A stretch of 64,000 nt of DNA. It comes from Candidatus Latescibacterota bacterium. GTDB taxonomy: Bacteria; Latescibacterota; UBA2968. The position numbers and the translations under genes were made by a program. Of this stretch, positions 9,296 to 18,746 are shown in pieces (the stretch's first letter is position 1; the number at the start of each line of letters is the position of its first letter). The notes under the pieces were generated by a model. The model saw only the letters and a program-made list of their open reading frames with translations, had not been told where the DNA came from and made no database searches. The stretch spans positions 3,104,001 through 3,168,000 of the forward strand of contig OZ220741.1 in the NCBI GenBank assembly GCA_965116885.1, written 5' to 3'.

Positions 9296-10495
9296 TTAAA
9301 ATGAAACATTGCTCATCACATACGCCCAGTGCATGTTCTCGTTCAATCGGCCCAATGCCTTGATGGCATCTCGCGCCAGGGCAATTGTATAACCGGTGAC
9401 AAAGGTTACATTCTCGCTGTATTGATACGATAGTGTTAAGTCGAGTTCGTCTGCCAGATGACCCGATTCCAAATTGCCTTTTTGGGCGAGGAAGAACACA
9501 TGTCCGTCTGCTGCCAAACGCACCTGCTCTGCCTCATCCAGCGGTACGGATACTTTTATCGCAAAGTCCTGAAGGCCCAGATTTTGAGTGTGGACGGGTA
9601 TGTTGAGAAATAGATCGGCAAAACCGTAGTATTTGTGATTGGTTGCAAAGAGCGTGTCAAATGATTTCCATTTGCTGTCTTTCTCATTGCCATCGCCAGA
9701 TAAATAATCGTACCACAGGGTCAGGCTGCCATTGCCCAGTGTTGTGCCCAGCCTGCCGCCAAACATAAATGCCGAGCCATTCGGCCCACGCCGTTCGCCC
9801 GTTTGGAACGAGCCTTCTGCGCGGTAGGTCCAGTTAGATTTTTCGCCGTAAATGCGTGCGCCGAGTGTCCATAGCCGCGTATTGTCACTTCTATTGAAGC
9901 CTTTGGGAGATACATGGTGGTAGATGCTGTAAAAATCTGCTGATGTGTTCGTTCCGGCCGCAGTAGCATACACAGCAGCCAGATAGGCATTGCCGCTTAT
10001 ACCTTCGGCTGTGGTATCGGAGAGGCGAACACCAACGCCTTTAACTGTACCCCATTGGGGTCTGGCGGTCGCGATAACACCGTCGAATGCACGCCCTTGT
10101 TGTGCCCATTCAACTGCGCCGATTATTCGCTGCCCGCCCAGTCCTATTGCCTGTCGTCCAATGCGGAGAGATAGGGCTGTGTCGCCCATGTCTTTGATAT
10201 CCATATATGCCTGATGAAAGTCGAAATTATCGGCATTATAATCGGTGAAGGTATTGGTTTCTTCACCCCACAATCGCACATCTTGCAACTGGATAAACAC
10301 ATTCACATCTTGATCTAAATTCGCTGTGATATTCAGCCGGGCACGCATGGATGTGAATACGTCGTGCCCATTGCCAACGGGATCTCGAAATTCCGTGCGA
10401 GGTCGAATTTGTCCTCCAAACTCGATATCTGTAGCTTCAACACCACTTGCTATAACGACAATTATCGCTATACCAACCAACCATCTCGATAGCAT
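9296..10495 (-). CDS. Alginate-export family outer-membrane beta-barrel
   Basis: Signal peptide, RIGRQ...QRIIGAVEW.QQGRAFDG, SGD, HKYYGFADLF, C-terminal Phe. Confidence 0.75.
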   Translation of the reverse strand: MLSRWLVGIAIIVVIASGVEATDIEFGGQIRPRTEFRDPVGNGHDVFTSMRARLNITANLDQDVNVFIQLQDVRLWGEETNTFTDYNADNFDFHQAYMDIKDMGDTALSLRIGRQAIGLGGQRIIGAVEWAQQGRAFDGVIATARPQWGTVKGVGVRLSDTTAEGISGNAYLAAVYATAAGTNTSADFYSIYHHVSPKGFNRSDNTRLWTLGARIYGEKSNWTYRAEGSFQTGERRGPNGSAFMFGGRLGTTLGNGSLTLWYDYLSGDGNEKDSKWKSFDTLFATNHKYYGFADLFLNIPVHTQNLGLQDFAIKVSVPLDEAEQVRLAADGHVFFLAQKGNLESGHLADELDLTLSYQYSENVTFVTGYTIALARDAIKALGRLNENMHWAYVMSNVSF

Positions 10496-10538
10496 ACCAG
10501 CCTCCTGGATACAAATCTTTCAATCGGAGATCACATCA

Positions 10539-10567
10539 AGTATAATATACTAAAAAAATTTAGACAA
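10539..10567 (-). promoter_or_regulatory. Putative sigma70 promoter of the porin gene
   Basis: TTGTCT-N17-TATACT on the minus strand. Confidence 0.5.
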
Positions 10568-10609
10568 TGAATGAGTATCGACATAGATACAAGGTAATAA
10601 CACCTTATT

Positions 10610-10636
10610 GTAGGGGCGGTGCCCCTGTGCCCGCCC
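10610..10636 (+). repeat. GTAG-type REP-like palindrome
   Basis: GTAG followed by the imperfect palindrome GGGCGG...CCGCCC; related copy at 49258. Confidence 0.6.
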
Positions 10637-10677
10637 GTCATCATAGAGATGGTGTCTCTAAGCCAAAAATTTGTTTA

Positions 10678-12852
10678 TCACAACAAATTTCCCTGAACGG
10701 GTTCTTCGACAATTCCAGTTCGAATACGCTGAGATAGGGTCGTGTGTCGCTCTGCAACCCGATTGTTGCGAACTGCCATTCCCAGAGCCTGTTTTGTGCC
10801 TACCAGCACGACCAGTTCTCGCGCCCGCGTAATGGCTGTGTACAGCAAATTGCGCTGTAACATCATATAGTGCTGCGTAGTCAAAGGCATGACTACGGCG
10901 CGAAATTCTGCACCCTGGCTCTTGTGGACACTCATGGCATAGGCCAGCACCAACTCGTCTAATTCCGAAAACTCGTATTCTAAGACGCGGTCCTGAAATC
11001 GCACGCGCAATATATCATCCTCTATTCCCTGAACACGCCCAATATCCCCATTAAAAACATCGCGATCATAGTTATTTCGCACCTGCATTACTTTGTCGCC
11101 CACCCGAAATCGGATACCGCCTCGCATCATCTCCTGTCCTTTGTGATTCAACTTATCTTGCAAGACCCGGTTGAGATTGTTTGCGCCGGTCTCTCCGCGA
11201 TACATCGGCACGAGTACTTGAATATCTTCAATACTGTCCAGACGATATGTGCGCGGCAAACGTGCAGCACACAATCCACAAACCATCTCGACGACGTGGT
11301 CGGGTTCCGAGGCTTCAAGAAAAAAGAAATCCGCCTCGCGATCATTTTGTACGTATGGCATTTCGCCGCGATTGATCGCGTGGGCATTGGTAATGATGCG
11401 GCTCGTTTGTGCCTGCCGGAATATCTCGTTGAGTTCCACGACTTCGACAATGCCAGACGTTATCACATCTTTCAACACATTCCCCGCGCCAACCGATGGC
11501 AACTGATCGACGTCGCCTACCAGGACTACCGAAGCGCTGATTGGTACAGCGCGTAATAGACTGTTCATCAGAAACGTATCGACCATGGATATTTCATCGA
11601 CAATCAGGGCTTCGATCTCCAGGGGGTTCTCACGGTTTTTCTTAAACGCCATTTCAGACGGGCTAAACTCCAGCAATCTGTGGATGGTTTTGGCCTCATG
11701 CCCGGTCGCCTCAGACATCCGCTTGGCCGCGCGTCCCGTTGGTGCCGCCAGGGCGATTTTTTTGTTTCGCGCCTCTAAAAGTGCGATCAGCCCTTTAATG
11801 GTTGTTGTTTTACCCGTTCCCGGGCCACCGGTCAATACCAGCAAATTGTGCGATAATGCTTTTTCCAATGCCAATTTTTGACGGGGCGCAAATGTTACTC
11901 CATCGCGCTGTTCTATGGCTCTGATCTCCGCAGGGATATTACCCAGTTCAATGCGTTGCACTTGAGATAATTGATAGCACCGCGTTGCCGCGCCCTGTTC
12001 GGCGCGGTACAAATCTCGCAAATACACCCGCTCGTCATCGACGATTATCGATTCTTCGGAGAACAATTGCGCCACGCACGGTGCGATTGCATCAACGGGT
12101 ACATCGAGTGCTTCGGCACACGATTCAATGAGCGCGTCTTCGGGTAAGAAAACATGCCCTTCTTTGTCTGCGGCTTCATTGAGTACATGCAAAAGACCGG
12201 CCTGGATGCGCCGGTTTGAATGTGCGGGTATGCCCATTTTTTGTGCGATGCGGTCTGCTGTCAAAAATCCAATGCCCCATACATCTACCGATAGGCGATA
12301 GGGGTTTTCTCGAATCAATTCAACGGCTTTCTGCCCGTACTTCTTCCATATTTTTACGGCGTATCCGGTGCCCACTTCGTGCGATTGCAAGAATAGCATG
12401 ACATTGTGGATCTCGCGTTGGTCTTCCCAGGCTTTGATAATCCACTCTGCGCGTTTTGCTCCCAATCCCTCGACTTCGACCAGTCGTTTGGGCTCTCTTT
12501 CAATGACATCGAGTGCTTCTTTGCCAAAGTGATCCACAATCCGCTTTGCCGTGACGGGTCCGATGCCTTTGATCAATCCCGAACCCAAATATCGCCGCAT
12601 TCCCTCTACTGTAGATGGATGCACGGTCTGGTAGGATTCAATTTTGAACTGTGCCCCATATTGCTTATGGGTTGTCCATTCGCCTTCCAAAATCACGGTC
12701 TCGCCCGGGTTGATCGACAGCATTTCGCCCACAATGGTCGCCAGACGGTTGTTGTAGGCTATAGATCCCTCTACCTGCAAACGGGCAACCGTGTATCCAT
12801 TCTCTTCGTTTTGAAATGTAATGCGATCCACAATTCCGCGAAGCTGAGCCAT
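10678..12852 (-). CDS. recD2: RecD2-type ATP-dependent 5'-3' DNA helicase
   Basis: N-terminal OB-like and HhH domains (IKGIGP), TGGPGTGKTT, DEISM, VGDVDQLPSVG, HKSQG; start placed at MAQLRG. Confidence 0.95.
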   Translation of the reverse strand: MAQLRGIVDRITFQNEENGYTVARLQVEGSIAYNNRLATIVGEMLSINPGETVILEGEWTTHKQYGAQFKIESYQTVHPSTVEGMRRYLGSGLIKGIGPVTAKRIVDHFGKEALDVIEREPKRLVEVEGLGAKRAEWIIKAWEDQREIHNVMLFLQSHEVGTGYAVKIWKKYGQKAVELIRENPYRLSVDVWGIGFLTADRIAQKMGIPAHSNRRIQAGLLHVLNEAADKEGHVFLPEDALIESCAEALDVPVDAIAPCVAQLFSEESIIVDDERVYLRDLYRAEQGAATRCYQLSQVQRIELGNIPAEIRAIEQRDGVTFAPRQKLALEKALSHNLLVLTGGPGTGKTTTIKGLIALLEARNKKIALAAPTGRAAKRMSEATGHEAKTIHRLLEFSPSEMAFKKNRENPLEIEALIVDEISMVDTFLMNSLLRAVPISASVVLVGDVDQLPSVGAGNVLKDVITSGIVEVVELNEIFRQAQTSRIITNAHAINRGEMPYVQNDREADFFFLEASEPDHVVEMVCGLCAARLPRTYRLDSIEDIQVLVPMYRGETGANNLNRVLQDKLNHKGQEMMRGGIRFRVGDKVMQVRNNYDRDVFNGDIGRVQGIEDDILRVRFQDRVLEYEFSELDELVLAYAMSVHKSQGAEFRAVVMPLTTQHYMMLQRNLLYTAITRARELVVLVGTKQALGMAVRNNRVAERHTTLSQRIRTGIVEEPVQGNLL

Positions 12853-12904
12853 GTAAAACCTCGGCGAACATGTTCTTCCATCACGCAATCGGAGGGGTAG
12901 AGGA

Positions 12905-12933
12905 ATTATACGACACTTGCCGCGGTTTTACAA
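12905..12933 (-). promoter_or_regulatory. Putative sigma70 promoter of recD2
   Basis: TTGTAA-N17-TATAAT on the minus strand, about 50 bp upstream of the ATG. Confidence 0.6.
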
Positions 12934-12984
12934 GTTGTATCAAATTTGCAGTACACAAAATGTATAAAATCCGTATATTGTTGA

Positions 12985-13120
12985 AACACAACATTTAACG
13001 GCTACGTCACAACGGAAAAGAGGTTGGCCCAAAAGCATTGACACACCGCATGTACCTGTCGGTGTGATCTGGGGTCCTCGCGCCGTCCCGCCAAGAACTC
13101 GCGCGAGGGCCTTTCTTTTT
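12985..13120 (+). ncRNA. Candidate small RNA (plus strand), family unknown
   Basis: Hairpin CACACCG/CGGTGTG and terminal hairpin GGTCCTCGCGC/GCGCGAGGGCC + TTTCTTTTT; no plus-strand CDS ends here; 5' end approximate. Confidence 0.35.
13073..13120 (+). terminator. Intrinsic terminator-like hairpin
   Basis: 11-bp stem whose G-U pair forms only on the plus strand, followed by a U-tract. Confidence 0.6.
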
Positions 13121-13173
13121 GGTACACGAGATGGTTGCCCTCGGGCCAACCGCATCACAACTTAAATTTTCCC

Positions 13174-13315
13174 AAAAAACAAAAAGCACCTACCCGTCCC
13201 TCCACCAAATCGCCAAATTCGACGTAAGGAACAAGCAGGTGCCTCGTGGACTGGTATGGCAACGCTGCTGAAACGCTGTGCGTTTCAAAAATATTGTTTT
13301 TTCACAGGCCAGTCG
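13174..13315 (-). ncRNA. Candidate ~140-nt structured small RNA (minus strand), family unknown
   Basis: Own promoter; stems GACTGG/CCAGTC and TGAAACGC/GCGTTTCA; terminal stem GCACCTGCTTG/CGGGTAGGTGC + TTTTTGTTTTTT. Confidence 0.5.
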
Positions 13316-13321
13316 GCGAAA

Positions 13322-13350
13322 AATATACCCAATCTTATATTTGGGGTCAA
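13322..13350 (-). promoter_or_regulatory. Putative sigma70 promoter pointing into the non-coding region
   Basis: TTGACC-N17-TATATT on the minus strand; CCCAA...TTGGG dyad across the spacer. Confidence 0.55.
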
Positions 13351-13460
13351 GGGAGAAAATGTGAAGTGTGAAGGAAGAAGTGTGAAGGGCGAAAATTCCG
13401 CCGTTGGAGCGGCATCCCTGCCGCGAATTTGAGAAAATAAGTAAAAATATGAGGAAAAAA

Positions 13461-14081
13461 ATGAAGCGTTTTCTTGTCGTTGTTTTACTCGGATTGATAT
13501 GGACAGCTCATGCTGAAGAAGACCGCAAGACGGTTTTGTTTTTGGGGGATAGCCTGACTGCAGGTTATGGTCTGGATAAAACACAGGCTTTTCCCGCGTT
13601 GATTCAGGCAAAGATCGATTCGCTCGGGTGGGCGTTTGATGTGGTCAATGGCGGACTGAGTGGCGAGACATCGGCGGGCGGTTTGCGGCGGGTCAACTGG
13701 TTGCTGCGGCGAAAAATCGATGTGCTGGTGCTGGCATTGGGGGGCAACGATGGCTTGCGGGGGATTCCCACGGCTGAAATGCAGCAAAATTTGCAGGGGA
13801 TTATAGATCGCGCAAAAGAGAAGTATCCAGATATTCAGATCATACTTATGGGTATTGAAGCACCGCCAAATTTGGGAGATATATATACGACGGCTTTCCG
13901 TGCGGTGTTCCCTGCTCTATCTGAAAAGAATCGCGTGCTTTTGATACCCTTTTTGTTAGAAGGGGTTGGTGGAATTCCGGAACTGAATCTGCCAGACCGC
14001 ATTCATCCCAATGCTGCGGGACATCGGATTATCGCAGAAACCGTGTGGCGCGTGCTTAAACCGATTCTGGAAAAGAAGTGA
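13461..14081 (+). CDS. tesA: Arylesterase / acyl-CoA thioesterase I (SGNH hydrolase)
   Basis: GDSL, GLSGETSAGG, GGNDGLRG and DRIHPN motifs; signal peptide. Confidence 0.9.
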   Translation: MKRFLVVVLLGLIWTAHAEEDRKTVLFLGDSLTAGYGLDKTQAFPALIQAKIDSLGWAFDVVNGGLSGETSAGGLRRVNWLLRRKIDVLVLALGGNDGLRGIPTAEMQQNLQGIIDRAKEKYPDIQIILMGIEAPPNLGDIYTTAFRAVFPALSEKNRVLLIPFLLEGVGGIPELNLPDRIHPNAAGHRIIAETVWRVLKPILEKK

Positions 14082-14086
14082 GAAAC

Positions 14087-16648
14087 TCACACTTCGCTTC
14101 GCAAAATTTCGAGTGGAGGGCGGTCGGCTATGCCGCGGCTGTTGAGCATGCCGACAAAGATGGTGAGCGCGGTGACGAGAGCAAAGACGCTGGCTATGGC
14201 CGCAGTGGGCAGGGCAAAGTGGATGTCGAAAATAAAGATGGTGACAGCCCAGGCACCGCCAATAGAGAGTATGAGTCCAGTCAGGGTAGCGAGTGCGCCC
14301 AGGAAGGTGTATTCCAGCAAGAGTATGCGGCGAATCTGTTTTTGAGAAGCCCCCAAAGTGCGCAGCAAAACGGCTTCACGAATGCGTTGATAGCGGCTGG
14401 TAGTGACTGCGGCAGTTAGCACAATGAGTCCGGTAATTACACTAAAGAGTGCCATGAAGCGCACGACAAAGGCGATTTGCGAGAGTACATCGTCAACGGT
14501 TTTGAGAATGAGACCGAGGTCAACAGCCGAGACATTGGGGTATTGTTGAACCAGCGTGCGTTGCAACATAGCGGATTGTTCCGTTGTGTTGATGCGCGTG
14601 GTCAAGACGTGAAACTGGGGAGCGGTTTCGAGTACGCCTTTGGGAAAGACGATAAAAAAGTTTGGCTGGATGCGCTGCCAATCAACTTCTCGCAGGCTTT
14701 GTACTGTGGTCTGAACGGGCACACCTTGAATGTCGAAGGTCAGGGTATCGCTGAGCGAGACGCGAAGCGAGCGGGCAATGTCGCGTTCAAAAGAAATGGG
14801 GATGGGTTCTTCTGTTCGTTCTACATCGATCCAGGTGCCGCCTACGAGGCGTTCTGAATCAAAGAGGTGATTGCGATAGGTCGAGCGGTATTCGCGTTGG
14901 ATTGCCCAGCGACGCACGTCGTGTATTCTGCCGTAGGAACGCGCCTCTTGACCTTTGATGCTCTTCAGGCGCATGGTAACGACGGGCGCATGGTGGATGA
15001 CGGGCAGATTCTGTTTGCGAAGCAACGCGCTCACGCCTTCAATCTGATCGGTTTGCACATCGACGAGTACAAAGTTGGGGCGGTTGTCGCTCCCCGCGAT
15101 GGCAATCTGAGCGAGCAGGGCGTGTTGTACAATATAGAGCGTGGTGATGAGAAAGGTGCCGAGGCCCAGTGCGAGCATGAGAATTACGGTCTGATTGTGC
15201 GGACGGTAGAGATTGGCCAGGCCCTGTCGCCACACGTATTGCCAGGTTGTGGGAAAGAAGCGGCGAACGGTTTTGATGATGAGCCACGATGCGCCTATGA
15301 GTAGTCCAAAGGCAATGCCAAACCCGATGGCAATGCCAATTCCAATGAGGATACTGCGGGTTTGCAAAATGCCCAATCCCGCGACTATGAGGCAAATTCC
15401 ACCGATGGTCATCAGTTGCAGGGGATCTATTTTGGATCGCACATTTTCAAAAGATGCCCGCAAGGTGTGCAGGGGCGATGTGCGGCGAATGGGCAACAGG
15501 GGGAGCAATGCGAAGAGTAGCGATAGACTCAGGCCAATGCCGGTGCCTTGAATGATCGCCCAATAGGAAAACTGAATATCGAGTTCAACGGGGAGGATTT
15601 GTGCGAGAACACCGGGTAAGAGATACTGAATACCCACACCGAGAAGAGAACCGCATCCCGTGCCAATAAGACCCAGTGCAATGGCCTGGATGGCGTAAAT
15701 ACAGAGGATCTGATTCGATTGCGCGCCCATGCAGCGCAGGATGGCGACGGTTGTTATTTTTTGGCGCGTATAGACGTGAATGGCACTGGCAACGCCGATG
15801 CATCCGAGCAAGAGGGCGGCAAAGGCGACAAGACTGAGGAAGATGTAGAGATTATCCAATATGCGATTGAGGCGTCTTTGACGGCTGGCAACGGTTTCGG
15901 TACGTAGATTTTGATCCCCGCGATAGGGGCGAAGTTCGCGCTGGATGGATTCGATTCTCGTGCTGCTATCAAACTTAAAATAGGCCATATAAGACGCCAG
16001 GCTGCCAAATTTGATGAGGCCCGTTTTATCGAGATGCGATAAGGGGATGTACACACGCGGTGCCACTGTGGCAAAGGCCATGGCCTCGCCCGATATGTTT
16101 GTGATTCGTCCGCCTATGACAAAGGTGTGGTTGCCAATTCGCACGGAATCGCCGACCTGAACCCCAAATTGGACGAGCAAGCCGTCGTCGAGTAGCGCGT
16201 GATGGGTTTGCTGAAAGGTCTTCGCCGCTTCTGATGGATTGGTTTCAAATGTGCCGTAATAGGGAAAGTCGCCTTGTAATGCGCGCACCTGTACCAGGCG
16301 AGTTCCGCCGTTTTTGGGAAAGAAGACCATCGAGGCAAAGCGCACTTCTCGGGATTGCTCCCCACCCCATGAGTTGAATAGGGAGTCAACCGCAGGCGCA
16401 AAAGCGCGCTGGCTGCTGACGCGCAAATCAGCGCCTAAAAGTGTGCGCGCTTCGTTTTCGACAACGCGTTGCAGGTTATCGCCCAGGGCGCGAATAGCTA
16501 CGAGGCCACCCACACCGAGCAATATGCAGGAAATAAAGAGCAACAGTCGACGGCGATACGTGCGGCTATCGCGCCAGGCCATGCGCCAGGTCCATGCGTT
16601 GAAGAGTGGGCTGGAGGTCTGATTTTTAATGCTGGTGATTCGATCCAT
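14087..16648 (-). CDS. YbbP-like ABC transporter permease (FtsX/MacB family)
   Basis: WRDSR start, two FtsX halves, PNF.LVDVQ and REVDW motifs; neighbours tesA and the ATPase. Confidence 0.88.
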   Translation of the reverse strand: MDRITSIKNQTSSPLFNAWTWRMAWRDSRTYRRRLLLFISCILLGVGGLVAIRALGDNLQRVVENEARTLLGADLRVSSQRAFAPAVDSLFNSWGGEQSREVRFASMVFFPKNGGTRLVQVRALQGDFPYYGTFETNPSEAAKTFQQTHHALLDDGLLVQFGVQVGDSVRIGNHTFVIGGRITNISGEAMAFATVAPRVYIPLSHLDKTGLIKFGSLASYMAYFKFDSSTRIESIQRELRPYRGDQNLRTETVASRQRRLNRILDNLYIFLSLVAFAALLLGCIGVASAIHVYTRQKITTVAILRCMGAQSNQILCIYAIQAIALGLIGTGCGSLLGVGIQYLLPGVLAQILPVELDIQFSYWAIIQGTGIGLSLSLLFALLPLLPIRRTSPLHTLRASFENVRSKIDPLQLMTIGGICLIVAGLGILQTRSILIGIGIAIGFGIAFGLLIGASWLIIKTVRRFFPTTWQYVWRQGLANLYRPHNQTVILMLALGLGTFLITTLYIVQHALLAQIAIAGSDNRPNFVLVDVQTDQIEGVSALLRKQNLPVIHHAPVVTMRLKSIKGQEARSYGRIHDVRRWAIQREYRSTYRNHLFDSERLVGGTWIDVERTEEPIPISFERDIARSLRVSLSDTLTFDIQGVPVQTTVQSLREVDWQRIQPNFFIVFPKGVLETAPQFHVLTTRINTTEQSAMLQRTLVQQYPNVSAVDLGLILKTVDDVLSQIAFVVRFMALFSVITGLIVLTAAVTTSRYQRIREAVLLRTLGASQKQIRRILLLEYTFLGALATLTGLILSIGGAWAVTIFIFDIHFALPTAAIASVFALVTALTIFVGMLNSRGIADRPPLEILRSEV

Positions 16649-16731
16649 GAGGCAAATTAAGAATTAAGAATGGGGCTGTTTGGGTGGACTGACCACTGAT
16701 TCTGGGTGGCGGGGTATCCTGTTCATCCTTT

Positions 16732-16769
16732 AATCCTGCACATCCTGATCAATCCTGCACATCCTGATC
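16732..16769. repeat. Exact 19-bp tandem duplication (AATCCTGCACATCCTGATC x2) within ATCCTG-rich repeats
   Basis: Directly visible; overlaps the stop codon of the ABC ATPase. Confidence 0.85.
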
Positions 16770-17438
16770 CACTTTGCCACCTTGCAGATGGATGATGCGC
16801 TGCGTGCGTGCGGCGAGGTCGTGATCGTGCGTGACGAGGATGAGGGTTGTGCCCGTTTCGCGGTTGAGGTCAAAGAGCAGATTGGCAATGGTATGGCTGG
16901 TGTCGGCATCGAGGTTGCCCGTAGGCTCGTCGGCAAATAAGATGCGTGGTTGGTTGATAAAGGCGCGTGCAATGCCCACGCGCTGCTGTTCGCCACCCGA
17001 TAGCTGGGTGGGATAATGCGTCAAGCGATCGCCCAATCCCACGCGGTCGAGCAATTCTCTCGCTTCGCCAAACACACCGTTTTTACCGCGTAGCTCAAGG
17101 GGAACCGCGACGTTTTCAATGGCGGTGAGGGTGGGGATGAGTTGAAAACTCTGAAAGACAAAGCCCACATATTCGTTTCGCACGGCTGCGCGTTGGTCTT
17201 CGTCGAGGCTGTCGAGGGCCATGCTGTGAAGGGTGACTGTGCCCGATGACGGTCGATCAAGGCCAGCACATAATCCGAGTAGCGTGGTCTTTCCGCTGCC
17301 CGAAGGCCCTACTATCGCACAGGTTTGGCCTTTGGGTATGGTGAATGTGACGTTGTCTAAAACGGTGAGTGGATGTCCTCCGCTCGCGTAGGTGCGGGTG
17401 AGGTTTTGAACTGCGAGGGCTGCGTTTGGATGGCTCAA
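16749..17438 (-). CDS. YbbA/LolD-like ABC transporter ATP-binding protein
   Basis: GPSGSGKTT, LSGGEQQR, FADEPTGNLD and VTHD motifs. Confidence 0.93.
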   Translation of the reverse strand: MSHPNAALAVQNLTRTYASGGHPLTVLDNVTFTIPKGQTCAIVGPSGSGKTTLLGLCAGLDRPSSGTVTLHSMALDSLDEDQRAAVRNEYVGFVFQSFQLIPTLTAIENVAVPLELRGKNGVFGEARELLDRVGLGDRLTHYPTQLSGGEQQRVGIARAFINQPRILFADEPTGNLDADTSHTIANLLFDLNRETGTTLILVTHDHDLAARTQRIIHLQGGKVDQDVQD

Positions 17439-17537
17439 CTGATTACCCCTTGCGTCTCTGGTTGTAATTCTTACCTTTGTGAGACTTCAAAACATAACAT
17501 AGAGTTCCATTATGTGCAAAAAATGAGTGGAGGAGAC

Positions 17538-18722
17538 ATGCAAGCTGAGATTGTGATGATTGGAACGGAATTGTTGTTGGGCGAAATTGTAGATACCAAT
17601 GCCACGATGTTTGCCAAAGCACTGCGCGATATTGGAATGGATTTGTTGTATAAAACGACTGTGGGGGACAATGAAGATCGGATTGCGAGCGTTTTGAATA
17701 TCGCGCTGGATCGGTCAGATGTGATTCTGACATCGGGGGGTATTGGTCCTACGGTGGATGATATGACGCGGCAATGTGTGGCGCGTGCAACGGGACGACA
17801 GTTGGTTTATAGTAAGATGCTGGAAGATCAGATTGCATCGCGGTTTCGCAATTTTGGCCGTGAGATGGCAGATAATAACAAGCGACAGGCGTATATTCCC
17901 GAAGGCGCAATGCCACTGGAAAATCCCATGGGCACGGCGCCCTGTTTTTTGAGTGAAGATGCTAAAGGGCGCGGCTGTGTGATTTCGCTTCCGGGTGTGC
18001 CGCGGGAATTGGATCATATGTTGCACAAGGTTGTGATTCCGATTTTGATCGACCGCATGGGCGGGAGCAAAATTACAAAGGTACGCGTGTTGCGAACTTG
18101 TGCGGTGGGCGAGAGCAATATTGATCGCACAATTGGGGATCTGATGAGTGAGAGCAATCCAACGGTGGGATTGGCGGCGCATGCTGGGCAGACTGATGTG
18201 CGCGTGGCGGCGAAAGCGGATACAGAGGAAGATGCCGATGCGTTGATCGCGCCGATGGAAGCGGAACTCAGGAAGCGGCTGGGGATCGCGATTTACGGTA
18301 CGGGGAAAGAGACCGTGGCCGAGGTTGTGGGCGGTTTGTTGCGGGAAAAAGGGTTGAAGATTGGGGTGGTGGATACGCTGACAGATGGCCAGGTCGTGCG
18401 GGAGTTCGAGGAGAATGGCGCAGGTGATGTGGTGATCGCGCAAGGGGAGGCTAATATGGATGGAAAGGATGATCCTCGTGCTTTGACCGAGGCGATGGCC
18501 CAGGCAGTTACGCCTGAAGGGGGTGTGGGACTGGCGATGGTTGGTCCTTATGAAAGTGGCGCGACGTTTATGGCTGTTTATGGCTCTGATCCACGAGCGC
18601 GAACATGTATTGAGAGTCGCCGCTTTCAGGATTCAGATCACATCCGCCGATGGTTGGTGATTCAGGGGTTGGATCTGGTTCGCCGTGCAGTGTTGGGCAA
18701 GTTGGCTTCGCCAGCAGATTGA
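17538..18722 (+). CDS. cinA: CinA-family protein (MocF domain plus degenerate PncC domain)
   Basis: IGTELLLGEIVDTN, SGGIGPT.DDMT and LPGVPRE motifs; AGGAG RBS. Confidence 0.85.
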   Translation: MQAEIVMIGTELLLGEIVDTNATMFAKALRDIGMDLLYKTTVGDNEDRIASVLNIALDRSDVILTSGGIGPTVDDMTRQCVARATGRQLVYSKMLEDQIASRFRNFGREMADNNKRQAYIPEGAMPLENPMGTAPCFLSEDAKGRGCVISLPGVPRELDHMLHKVVIPILIDRMGGSKITKVRVLRTCAVGESNIDRTIGDLMSESNPTVGLAAHAGQTDVRVAAKADTEEDADALIAPMEAELRKRLGIAIYGTGKETVAEVVGGLLREKGLKIGVVDTLTDGQVVREFEENGAGDVVIAQGEANMDGKDDPRALTEAMAQAVTPEGGVGLAMVGPYESGATFMAVYGSDPRARTCIESRRFQDSDHIRRWLVIQGLDLVRRAVLGKLASPAD

Positions 18723-18746
18723 GTTTGAACAAATGGGAGGGCTGTA

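Noticed and set aside
12940..13189. Short minus-strand ORFs (72 and 60 aa) as type I toxins or leader peptides
   Set aside because: No RBS, no clear TM helix, and they run through hairpin and promoter elements.
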